Source: Anaerolineae bacterium (lineage in GTDB: Bacteria; Chloroflexota; Anaerolineae; JAAEKA01). Taken from it: a stretch of DNA of 63,664 bases. Both the position numbers and the translations under genes were made by a program. The stretch's first letter is position 1; the number at the start of each line of letters is the position of its first letter. Positions 17,871-26,575 of this stretch are shown here, one piece after another. The DNA lies in NCBI GenBank assembly GCA_032111745.1, contig JAULUH010000156.1, forward strand, positions 1 through 63,664, read 5' to 3'. The notes under the pieces were generated by a model, which worked only from the letters and a program-made list of their open reading frames with translations, was not told where the DNA came from and did no database searches.

Positions 17871-18731
17871 TTACCCTTCCATCTGCCCCCTTGCTGCGGA
17901 CAAGGCCTCCAACAGAAATGGCCACAGGTCCGTTGTAGGACGATAACGCAGGCGGTACGCGGGTACCTGCGCCGCCAGGCGTTCCACCACGGCCAGCCAG
18001 GCCAGGGCGCTGGATACCCGCTCTACGGCCACCTTTTCGGTCGCCAGCAGGCCCAGCGCGGCCTGGCCGGGATCCAGCGGCTCCAGCGCAAACTCTGGCC
18101 CATGTTCCAGTAGCAGCAAGGCCTGCAGAGGCAGGCGACGGTTACGGCGTTGCACCATTTCCGGCGGCGTACTGGCGCCCCAAAATGGCGTGCTCGCCAG
18201 CATGGGCTGCGTCCCGGCCAGTGACACCACCAGGGTCTCGTCCGTCAACACCTCCGCATATCCCGCCGCCAGCCGCGATAGCGTGGTCTTGCCTGCACCC
18301 GATGGCCCGCAGCAGGCCAGGCCCATGCCGTCCAACACGATCGCTGCGCCGTGCAACAGCAGCCCCTCATGTTCCCGGGGTAGGGCCTGCATGCAGATGA
18401 AGCCCAGCACCCGATCCAGGGCCGATGGCGCCCGTTCCGGCGACGGCGTGCTGACCTCAGCCCGTCGCTCGACCAGGTCGATCCATCCTTCGTGTGCGGA
18501 GACTCCGAAGCGAGTCACGTCGCCCTCGTGCACAACCCAGGGCGCGTCCTGGTCGGACCGGCTGGCAGCGTGGATCACGGCCACATCCCAGGGAGGCATC
18601 TCGCCCGCCGGCGCGCCTACCGGCAGACCAAATTCAGCATAGCGCGCGACCAGGGCCGCCAGCCAGGTGCGCTCCGGCACGTGCACCACGCAGCGCACGC
18701 CGGCGATGTCAACGGTGAAGTCGTGGAACAT
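17871..18731 (-). CDS. HPr kinase/phosphorylase-like (HprK-related) P-loop protein
   Basis: 286 aa. The C-terminal half has LLLHGAAIVLDGMGLACCGPSGAGKTTLSRL, matching the HprK C-terminal P-loop. No HPr or PTS context is present. Confidence 0.75.
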   Translation of the reverse strand: MFHDFTVDIAGVRCVVHVPERTWLAALVARYAEFGLPVGAPAGEMPPWDVAVIHAASRSDQDAPWVVHEGDVTRFGVSAHEGWIDLVERRAEVSTPSPERAPSALDRVLGFICMQALPREHEGLLLHGAAIVLDGMGLACCGPSGAGKTTLSRLAAGYAEVLTDETLVVSLAGTQPMLASTPFWGASTPPEMVQRRNRRLPLQALLLLEHGPEFALEPLDPGQAALGLLATEKVAVERVSSALAWLAVVERLAAQVPAYRLRYRPTTDLWPFLLEALSAARGQMEG

Positions 18732-18773
18732 AGGACTAGATGGCCAGTTCGCAGGGCGCGCTTCAGAGCGCCG

Positions 18774-19961
18774 CTACGAGCTAGGAGGCTTGGAGGACTG
18801 CGCCTGGCTGGTGAGCAGCTCCCGGAGGCCCAGCACCCAGCGGTAGGGATAGGCCAGGGGTACCAGCCAGTCGCTGTCAAGGGCGTAGCGCTGCCGCATA
18901 TAGTTGCGTGATGGAAACAGATGGGCCAGGGCAAAGGGCACTCGGGCCCGCCAGCCTGGTAGGCCGGCCAGGTCGGCCCAGAAGCGCTGGGCCACCGGTC
19001 GCTCCGGCGCAGTGAGCCAGCTCACCACGCGCTGCTCCACCGGCGATACCGGCAGGGCCAGCGCCTCGGCCAGCTGCGCCTCAGGAATGGGTACCGCCCA
19101 CTCCCCGGCCAGCTCTGCCAACACGCGCTGCACGGGCGTCACCAGGTGAAATGCGCCGGCCTTCTCAAGCAACATATCCCAATCGATCAGGGCGCCGGAC
19201 AGTGCCACCAGGGTGGCGATGTCATAGAACCAGCGCAGCCCCACCCCTTTGTGATGCAGCACCAGGTGCGCCGACAGATAGAGCAGATTAGCCTCCGGGC
19301 TCAGCACCTGCGCAGGCCGCCCGGCCAAAGTGAGTTCTCGGGCCGTCTGCCAGAACCAGTCCGTGGCCAGCCTCTCCTGGTAGTAGGGTGCATCTAGTAG
19401 ATACCAGTGGATTTCCAGGGTCACCGGCACCACGCCCGGCCGCCGCAGGGTGATCTCGTTCTCGTACGCCAGGGTCAGCCCGGGGTGCGGCTCATCGTGA
19501 ACCCGCCCGTAGCCCAGGGCCTCCAGCTGCGCCACTGCGGCCAGAACGTCGTCAGCGCGAAACAACAGATCGACGTCGGTCATCGGGCGCAGGGCAGCGT
19601 TGCCGTATAATTCCTCGCCCAGAGCTGCGCCCTTGAGCACGATCACAGGTAGGCCTGCGGCGGCCAGCGAGTCCAGCGCCTCGGCCAGCCCCATGCCGAC
19701 ATAGGCATTCTGGATCGCGGTCTGCTGGTAGATCCACAGCAGTGCTTCCTCCACCGGGGCTGGCACCAGGTCACGACCGCGCACTGCGTCGTAAAGCAAT
19801 GGCCCCACGCCCACCGGCCCGACATGTTCCAGAAGGCCAGGCCAGTCCAACTCGGGTCTGGTGGCCTCGCTGCGCGCAGCGTCCAGCGCCGCCGGTTCCC
19901 AACGGCTACGCAGGCATTGCACGAGGAAATCCCAGGTTGGTTGATCCAATTGAGCAGGCAT
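18774..19961 (-). CDS. Uncharacterised nucleotidyltransferase family protein (NTP_transf_5-like)
   Basis: VIVLKGAALGEELYGNAALRPMTDVDLLF and TLEIHWYLLD motifs typical of this family. The start is 9 nt after the C25 gene stop. Confidence 0.7.
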   Translation of the reverse strand: MPAQLDQPTWDFLVQCLRSRWEPAALDAARSEATRPELDWPGLLEHVGPVGVGPLLYDAVRGRDLVPAPVEEALLWIYQQTAIQNAYVGMGLAEALDSLAAAGLPVIVLKGAALGEELYGNAALRPMTDVDLLFRADDVLAAVAQLEALGYGRVHDEPHPGLTLAYENEITLRRPGVVPVTLEIHWYLLDAPYYQERLATDWFWQTARELTLAGRPAQVLSPEANLLYLSAHLVLHHKGVGLRWFYDIATLVALSGALIDWDMLLEKAGAFHLVTPVQRVLAELAGEWAVPIPEAQLAEALALPVSPVEQRVVSWLTAPERPVAQRFWADLAGLPGWRARVPFALAHLFPSRNYMRQRYALDSDWLVPLAYPYRWVLGLRELLTSQAQSSKPPSS

Positions 19962-19970
19962 GCATTGCTC

Positions 19971-22898
19971 TCAGTGCGCCGCTGCCGGCACCAGAGCCCA
20001 ACCTTTCGTCACGTGGGGCAGGTACATCCTGCCTCCAGACGGCACGCGCAACCGGAGCGCAGGATCACCCAAGAAGACCGTGGTGTCCACGACGTCGCGT
20101 GAGCTACTGCCACCGGCGATGAAATAGGCCTTCGCCGCGTTAACCGCGAGCCCTGCCCGGTCTGTTCGATCCTGGAAGATGGCCCTCGACAATCCCTGGT
20201 CCAGCCCCAGCAGGGAACCGCCTACGTGAAGCCCGGTAGGCGACAGGTCAGCCACCACACCCCGGCCTGGAGTGAGCAGCAGCACTTCGCCCAGGGAGCG
20301 CTCGTCAAAATTGTACGTGGCGATGCTCTGAATGCCGACGAAGTAGCCGGACCAACAGGTGTAGTGGGCGCTGAAAGGTAGGCCCGCCCCAGGGGCGAGG
20401 GTAGCAGGATCGAGAGTGTTGAATACGTCGACGGTTCCCCAGCGGAAGCGCGAGGCGTGGCCGTACCACTGCAGGTAGAGGGCACCTTCGGCAAACGCGG
20501 TCTTGATGGCAGCACGTACCTCAGGGCCCGAATCGTGGGCACTATCCATGTTGAAGTAGATCGCCCGGCTCTGTGTGCCGGGGGGCAGGGCCAGGCGCAC
20601 CGTGTCGCTGAGCCGGTGGAAGTTGCCGGCAGGATCTGCGTTGTTGTCGGCCACGAACACTGCCCGGCGCTGCCAGCTACCCGCTGGCGCAGTCTTTTCG
20701 TAGGCGATGATCTTGTCGACCACGGCCGTGACGTCTGCGGGGGTCTTGGCCGGGATGCGGCCTAGCGCCATGTCGGGCATGTAGTCATTTGGGCCGTCCA
20801 CGCTGACATAGCGGTTGTCTGCAGCGGTCTCACCGATGAACGGATCGATGTGCAGCAGATAGGGAGGGAGAAGGTTGGGCAGGCTGGGAGCCACCGCACC
20901 CTTGAAGTCGATGTGGCCATCTCCCACCAGTAACACGTACTGCGGCGGCGCTTGGCCCGCATTCCAGTTGCGGTAGGCGTAGGAAAGGAAGGAGCGGATC
21001 GCCTCCGGATCCACACGGCCGAAGCTGAACTCGTCGTAGATGTCCTGCACGTCCACCTTGGCCACCCGCAGCCCTTCGGCGGCCCGATGGTTCAGTAAGG
21101 GCTGGACAGCATCCCAGAGGGAGAAGTGGACGATGGCGATGTAATCGGCCCGGTTGCCCGGGGCGCGCCAACTCGAGGGCTGGTCCACTTCCACCGCCCT
21201 GGGCGCCAGCAGGCCAGCATCGCTGCTAAGCACGTAGCGAGGCGCGGCATCCGCAGCCTGCCAGGCATCCCAGAAGCGTATCGTGGTGCTGCCGCCCACG
21301 GCCTCGGCCTGCACGGTGCCCAGCTGCACCGGGCGCAGGGGATTGCGCACGTCCAACACCCGCACGGCACCGGTGGTGAACCCGGTGACAGACACCTGCG
21401 CGCGCTGGCCAGTGACGGCCAGGCCGTCGATCCCGATTTGGTCGTTCTCGGCGTCAGCGCGCGCTGGATATGTGATCTCCACCCAGTCAGGCGAGACCCA
21501 ATAGCTGGAAACAGTGGGCAGCTGGGCTAGCGCGGCCTCCAGGGTAATACGGCTGGGGGAGGTGTCGAGCCAGGCCGCGGGCACCGCGGCCTGGGCTACG
21601 AACGGGGTGCTGCCATCCCAGGTGAACACTCCGGCTGGCTGGCCGTTCACCTGCAGGGCCACGGACTGGTCGGGCGCCGCGGCCTGGGACTGGCCGCCGT
21701 GCAGGCGAGCACGGATGGTGGCGGAATTGGACTTAGAACTTAACGGCGAATGGGTAGAAGGCGGAACGGATAGCGCTTGCGGGGCCAGGTCATCGAGGAC
21801 AAAGTCGTAGGTCACACGGGCGGTGGGGGACTGGGTGTTGACAGAGAGCGGGTTGTCGAAGAAATGGTCGACGTCCCTGGGAAGGGGGTAGGTACTGTAG
21901 TAGATCCGGTCGAACTCGACCCGCGCGGTTTGGAGGATGGTGATGACGAGAGGCTCGGAACCGGTGGGGGGCACGTCGCGGCGTTGCACACGGCCGCCGG
22001 CCGCGCCGCCATAGGCCAGACGGTAGACGTTGCGCGTCGTATAACGGCCCTCGTAGGGCTCGCCGTAGAAGACCACCAGGTCACCAGCATCGAAGCGGCC
22101 ATCGTCGCTGCCGGTCACCAGGATATCCACTGGCTGGCCCAGATAGGTCATGGAGAAAGTGGCCGGGTTCAACGAAGCCACGGGCACGCCCGCGGCCTGC
22201 AGCTCGCCATAGGTCAGGCGATACAGGCCGCCGCGCCCGGTGTAGACACGCACTGCACCCTGCTCCGCGGCGGGTTGCTGTGCAACCGCGGTAACGGGCT
22301 CGAGTGCCTCCGGCTCCGGGGCCACAGGCGTAAACGACAGGGTAATCCCTAGGTCGGGATGATAACGCAGCTGGCCAGATACAGGGTTAACCTGGAACGG
22401 GAACACGGTTACCGGCAATAGTCGCCGGCCGCGCTGGACCAGTTCGGGGCCGGTCACGACCGGGCTGGCGGGGTAAAAGGCATCGGAGGTGTAGATGACG
22501 GGGTCAGGCCGGTCCACCAAGGGTACCGATCCTGGCAGGTCGGGTTGGGTCGTCCAGCTCTCTGGGTAGTTAAGGTCCAGCTCCGGCACGGGTACTGCCG
22601 GTAGCGTGCCGGGAGCCGCCAGCACTTGCGGGCCGGTCGACTCATAGACCAGGTGCCACTGGCCCTCGGGCGGCAGCTCCACCAGCGTCGACCACACAGG
22701 CAACGCCGGCGCGCCGGGCGTGTCGTGCGCGGCGTAGCCCTCCACGCGCAGGCCATCACCGTCAAGGTGGTAGGTGGGAGTCTGCACGCGCAGGGTGATC
22801 GGCTCAGGCTGTTCAGGCCTCGCCGCAGCGGGCGTCACAGAGGCCAAAAGCACGCCAACGACCAGTAAGAGGGCTAAGGCTTTCGTACGAATCGACAA
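19971..22898 (-). CDS. Secreted peptidase C25 (gingipain-like) family protein
   Basis: TTG start with GAGGA SD and signal peptide ALALLLVVGVLLASVTPAAA. C25 core: YVLLVGDGHIDF...DNRYVSVDGPNDYMPDMALGRIPA. Putative catalytic His in LQWYGHASRF and Cys in SAHYTCWSGYF. Confidence 0.8.
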   Translation of the reverse strand: MSIRTKALALLLVVGVLLASVTPAAARPEQPEPITLRVQTPTYHLDGDGLRVEGYAAHDTPGAPALPVWSTLVELPPEGQWHLVYESTGPQVLAAPGTLPAVPVPELDLNYPESWTTQPDLPGSVPLVDRPDPVIYTSDAFYPASPVVTGPELVQRGRRLLPVTVFPFQVNPVSGQLRYHPDLGITLSFTPVAPEPEALEPVTAVAQQPAAEQGAVRVYTGRGGLYRLTYGELQAAGVPVASLNPATFSMTYLGQPVDILVTGSDDGRFDAGDLVVFYGEPYEGRYTTRNVYRLAYGGAAGGRVQRRDVPPTGSEPLVITILQTARVEFDRIYYSTYPLPRDVDHFFDNPLSVNTQSPTARVTYDFVLDDLAPQALSVPPSTHSPLSSKSNSATIRARLHGGQSQAAAPDQSVALQVNGQPAGVFTWDGSTPFVAQAAVPAAWLDTSPSRITLEAALAQLPTVSSYWVSPDWVEITYPARADAENDQIGIDGLAVTGQRAQVSVTGFTTGAVRVLDVRNPLRPVQLGTVQAEAVGGSTTIRFWDAWQAADAAPRYVLSSDAGLLAPRAVEVDQPSSWRAPGNRADYIAIVHFSLWDAVQPLLNHRAAEGLRVAKVDVQDIYDEFSFGRVDPEAIRSFLSYAYRNWNAGQAPPQYVLLVGDGHIDFKGAVAPSLPNLLPPYLLHIDPFIGETAADNRYVSVDGPNDYMPDMALGRIPAKTPADVTAVVDKIIAYEKTAPAGSWQRRAVFVADNNADPAGNFHRLSDTVRLALPPGTQSRAIYFNMDSAHDSGPEVRAAIKTAFAEGALYLQWYGHASRFRWGTVDVFNTLDPATLAPGAGLPFSAHYTCWSGYFVGIQSIATYNFDERSLGEVLLLTPGRGVVADLSPTGLHVGGSLLGLDQGLSRAIFQDRTDRAGLAVNAAKAYFIAGGSSSRDVVDTTVFLGDPALRLRVPSGGRMYLPHVTKGWALVPAAAH

Positions 22899-22993
22899 AG
22901 TAGTCTATCCTCTGATCAGGATGCATGGGCAGGTTTGTCGCGCGCACTGAAGTGCGCTACGAACCTATTATACTCCTGGACCGGGCGACAAAG

Positions 22994-23028
22994 GAGACGC
23001 CGGGCCCCGGTGAAGGGCCCGGCGTCTC
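22994..23028 (-). terminator. Intrinsic terminator after CDS 23054..24622
   Basis: Perfect 14-bp stem gagacgccgggccc / gggcccggcgtctc with a 7-nt loop. It is followed on the minus strand by CTTTGT, 26 nt after the stop. Confidence 0.7.
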
Positions 23029-23053
23029 TGCCTTGCGTGGGTATCGAGGTTGG

Positions 23054-24622
23054 CTAGCGCTTGCGGCGCTGCGCCACGAACGCTGCGGCCATGGCCAGGC
23101 CGGCCGTGACCGGGACAGCCACCAGCGGCAGGCTCGCCGCGGCAGCACTACCGGCGTTCGCGCTCTGGCTGGAGAACTCGCTCAGGGTGACCGCGGTGGG
23201 ATCCAGGCAGGCGGCGCCGGCCGGCCCGCTGAGAGCAGTGGCTCCGCCGAGGTCGACGCTCTCGACCCAGTAGTAGTATGTATTGCCGGTAACGGCCGTG
23301 CTGTCCACGAATTGGTAGGCAGCACCAGTGGTGCTACCGGGGACCTTGGACGGGATCAACGCGGCGTTGACCTGCTCCCGGGCACCGTCAACCGCAGTGC
23401 TGCGGTACACGTTGAAGCCCTGGTTATTTACCTCGCTCACCGTCTCCCAGGAGACCGTGGCGACGCCGGCGGAGCAGGTGGCTCCCAGGCTGGACATTTC
23501 CAGCGCAGTCGGACCTGCGGTATTGGTGAAAATGCACGTGGTGATCTCGCCCAAGGCCACATCCACCGTGACCTTCCGGTTGGTCAGGTCAACGTTGCCT
23601 GTGGTCTGCCCGTTCCTGGTGCACACCAGGCTGGACAGGGTCCAGCCCTCTTCGCCAAGATCGAACACCTCCTCCACCGTGTAGCTGCCGGCTTCGGCGA
23701 TGATCAGCTTTTTGGGATCCTGCGTATCGGTCAGAGAAAAGGTCTGGGTGTAGTCATTCGGGCCTGTGACGCCGAAGTCGAACACGTGGTTGGCACCCGG
23801 TGGATTGGTCACCTTGTCGACGATGATTTGCCCCGGCGCAATAATCTTGCCCCACAGGCAGGCCACGTTGTCGGTGCGTTCCTCGGTGATGAACTCCGTC
23901 TTCGTGCTGTCTTCGCCGGGGAACACCTGCTCAAGGCAGTTGCCGTTGGGCGGATCGGGGACGAAGCCCAGAATCTGCAGGGTGTATTCGGTACCTTCGC
24001 ATACGAAGGTAGTGCTGGGCACGCTGTCCACGGTCACCCTGTCCGGACATATCGTGTCTCCCTCATATTTGCACGGTTCCTGGTTAAAAGTCTCCTCGAG
24101 GTTGAATCGGTAGACCAACTCCGGTGTCACCGTGGAGTTGTCATTGCAGGTCACTGGTACCTTCACGGTCAGGTCCACGTAGTTGAGCGGATTCGGGAAG
24201 TTCAGCAGCGGGTTATTGTAATGAGTGAACTGGCCGAGGTAGAAGGGGGTCTGGGGAGCCAGATCGCCAACATCGTTATTGCCGTCGAAGCCGAAGCCGC
24301 TGCGGTCGCCAATGGGGCCGCAGTTCTCTCCAACCTCGCCATAGCGCACCTGGTTTTCGTCAGTGTCAGGCGGTGTCTGTATGGCTGGATCAGATTCGCT
24401 GCTTGCGGTCGGGAAGTCTCCCGGCCCAGTGGCCCAGGCATCACAGGTAGCTCCCTCTTCGTGAATTCCTGGCTTGGCATCTGGGATACCCCACACGCCG
24501 TCGACATTGCCCACGGCCAGAGCCGAGGCCACGGCGACGAGCAGCAACGTGATCACTGTAGCCAGCGTCACGGCTCTCGCTCCAACCGGTAGATGTCGCG
24601 ATATTCGCTTGCGAAAGGACAT
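23054..24622 (-). CDS. Secreted multidomain surface protein with C-terminal anchor-like tail
   Basis: Start set at AAGGAGG-ATG MSFRKRISRH (track start 24712 unlikely) with signal peptide VTLATVITLLLVAVASALA. A prealbumin/SpaA-like module (IIVDKVTNPPG...CIFTNT) is followed by an FN3-like 'WETVSEVNNQGFNVYRS...YYYWVESVD' module. C-terminus: AVTLSEFSS...LPLVAVPVTAGLAMAAAFVAQRRKR. Confidence 0.8.
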   Translation of the reverse strand: MSFRKRISRHLPVGARAVTLATVITLLLVAVASALAVGNVDGVWGIPDAKPGIHEEGATCDAWATGPGDFPTASSESDPAIQTPPDTDENQVRYGEVGENCGPIGDRSGFGFDGNNDVGDLAPQTPFYLGQFTHYNNPLLNFPNPLNYVDLTVKVPVTCNDNSTVTPELVYRFNLEETFNQEPCKYEGDTICPDRVTVDSVPSTTFVCEGTEYTLQILGFVPDPPNGNCLEQVFPGEDSTKTEFITEERTDNVACLWGKIIAPGQIIVDKVTNPPGANHVFDFGVTGPNDYTQTFSLTDTQDPKKLIIAEAGSYTVEEVFDLGEEGWTLSSLVCTRNGQTTGNVDLTNRKVTVDVALGEITTCIFTNTAGPTALEMSSLGATCSAGVATVSWETVSEVNNQGFNVYRSTAVDGAREQVNAALIPSKVPGSTTGAAYQFVDSTAVTGNTYYYWVESVDLGGATALSGPAGAACLDPTAVTLSEFSSQSANAGSAAAASLPLVAVPVTAGLAMAAAFVAQRRKR

Positions 24623-25095
24623 GGATTCCTCCTTGCCACTGGGGCAACTTGTGCGGAGATGTCTCACACACTCAATGAACTGCAGCACGGAATGTGCGCT
24701 GATCCGACTCAAGAGATGGGCTGGCGTCCATCACGGGCCTACCGATGGAGAACCCTTGGCTTCATGTGCTGCTAGCCAACCTTCCGGCCACGTGATCGAG
24801 GACCGGGCTGGGCGCCCGGGACAGGACCTTGGCTCCATCCGATCCAAGGGCTGAAGTCGAAGGAAGCCGGGAGGGATGCCCTGAACACAGCAGCATCCGC
24901 ATCATGGCCGTGACGTGATGCGACCGCGGCCATGATGCGAGCTTCTTCAGGGGTGACAACGGATCAAGCCCGGTTCCCACCAGGCAGGCCCTAACGGCCA
25001 GAGAGCACGGTTCTGGGTCGGCACAGGGCCAGCTACCATCCATGGGACAGCAGGCCGTGAAGCGCCAGATGGATCCGTTGATCGTCAGGAGTGCT

Positions 25096-25290
25096 CTAGC
25101 AAACGCCGGTATCGCCGGCAGATGTGGCCAGAGGGCCCAGGAAGTTCTGCGGTCCCTCGATCGACTGCGGAGGGAAGCTCTCCTGGGCGCGAGCTTCCAG
25201 CGTTCGCTCGAACACGATGGATGGCTTCTCCCACGAGCGGCGGCTCGGGGATGCGATGGTCGTCGACGTCAGTCTGGACGGAGTCTGCAT
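25096..25290 (-). CDS. Candidate precursor peptide (64 aa) of the adjacent radical SAM/PqqD cassette
   Basis: AGGAGG SD 5 nt before ATG, 43 nt downstream of the rSAM stop on the same strand. Third-position GC is high, as in neighbouring genes. Sequence: MQTPSRLTSTTIASPSRRSWEKPSIVFERTLEARAQESFPPQSIEGPQNFLGPLATSAGDTGVC. Confidence 0.55.
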   Translation of the reverse strand: MQTPSRLTSTTIASPSRRSWEKPSIVFERTLEARAQESFPPQSIEGPQNFLGPLATSAGDTGVC

Positions 25291-25333
25291 GAAATCCTCC
25301 TATGAGTGGTCAAACTGATAGCTTGGTCGCGGT

Positions 25334-26560
25334 CTATCCGTTCATCGGCAGTGCAAACCCGTCGATTCCGTCCAGTAGAGGGATCGGCTGGGCGAACGGC
25401 GTAGAGTTGGCTGCCGGCGGGTTGATGCGCAGGCGAGCCTGCAGAGGTGTCTCCGGGATCGCTTCTCCCGGATGCAGCTGGGCAAAGCGAGCCTGGGCCT
25501 GCTGGCAGGCCAGTGAATGGCCGCCGTACAGGTCACCGTGCTCTTTCCAGGCCAACCCGGAGCATCGTCCTTCGCAATAGGCGTTGATCGAGCACACCTG
25601 GCACTCGGGCAGGCTCTTGAAGGTGTGCCGCGCCTGTAGCTCTTGCAGGATAGGTGCGTTGGCCCAGATATCGCCGAAGCGTTGCTGGCGCAAATTGCCA
25701 GCCGGGATGCGCAATTCCAGGCACGGATAGACATCACCGTACGGGCTGATCAGGCACGACGATAGGCCCACCGAACAGGTGCGACTCTCAGGCTGCCGCA
25801 CGAGAGGCCTGAACTGGCCGCCGTCGGCGAGCATCGCTGCGGTAATCTGCAGGCGATCCAGCTGATGCTGGCCTGCCTTGTCGGTGCCATCGTCGGCCGT
25901 GGAAATCTTGAATACCTGCTCATAACGCACACCCAACTCCTGCGCCAACTTGATCATCTGCTGGCGCTCAGCGATGTTCAGATCCATCAGCAGGGTGTTG
26001 AGCTTCACCGGCACCCGCCGCTCCTGCAGGAGCTGGACTCCCCGCAGGACACGGCGCAGGGTGTCCTGGCTACGAGCGATGGCATCGAAAGTAGCCGCCG
26101 AGGCGCCCAGAAGGCTGATATCCACCCGAGACGGTGCCAGGGAAGCGATGCGATCGGCCCGCTCCGGTGTGATCAGCGTGCCGTTAGTCTTGAGATTGAC
26201 GTCAAAGCCCAGGGCCCGCGCTCGTTCGGCGATGCTGAAGAAATCGCGGCGGGCCAGAATCTCGCCACCGGTCAGGGTGAGCCGCAGGGTGCCGGCCTCC
26301 GCCAACTGGTCCAGCACGTGGAGGCACTCCTCAGTGTCCAGCTCCGGTTGAGCCAGAGGCACATTATAGCACATGATGCAGTCCAGGTTGCAGACGTGAG
26401 TCAGCTCCCACAGGACTGTAAACGGCACGTGCTCGCGCTTCAACCGAGACAGCAGCGCCTCGTACGGATCCGCCGCGCTATCGGGCACAGCGCAGCCATC
26501 GAAGCTGCGGTCCACGGGATCGGCGACCTGGGGTACGGCCAACGGGATCATCGTCGTCAT
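25334..26560 (-). CDS. Radical SAM enzyme with C-terminal SPASM-type auxiliary-cluster domain (peptide-modifying type)
   Basis: CNLDCIMC (CxxxCxxC) near residue 60. C-terminal Cys-rich region: CSVGLSSCLISPYGDVYPC ... CQVCSINAYCEGRC. Start taken at ATG 26560; the track TTG at 26566 is also possible. Confidence 0.9.
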   Translation of the reverse strand: MTTMIPLAVPQVADPVDRSFDGCAVPDSAADPYEALLSRLKREHVPFTVLWELTHVCNLDCIMCYNVPLAQPELDTEECLHVLDQLAEAGTLRLTLTGGEILARRDFFSIAERARALGFDVNLKTNGTLITPERADRIASLAPSRVDISLLGASAATFDAIARSQDTLRRVLRGVQLLQERRVPVKLNTLLMDLNIAERQQMIKLAQELGVRYEQVFKISTADDGTDKAGQHQLDRLQITAAMLADGGQFRPLVRQPESRTCSVGLSSCLISPYGDVYPCLELRIPAGNLRQQRFGDIWANAPILQELQARHTFKSLPECQVCSINAYCEGRCSGLAWKEHGDLYGGHSLACQQAQARFAQLHPGEAIPETPLQARLRINPPAANSTPFAQPIPLLDGIDGFALPMNG

Positions 26561-26575
26561 GTCCAACTGCTCAAC

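Noticed and set aside
22925-24592. 555-aa plus-strand ORF. Similar long plus-strand ORFs occur at 4325..5248, 25865..26830, 57990..59087, 61887..62885 and 27121..27774.
   Set aside because: All lie antisense to minus-strand genes that carry clear family motifs. Their composition is Arg/Gly/His/Pro-rich and not protein-like, and they are treated as high-GC shadow ORFs.
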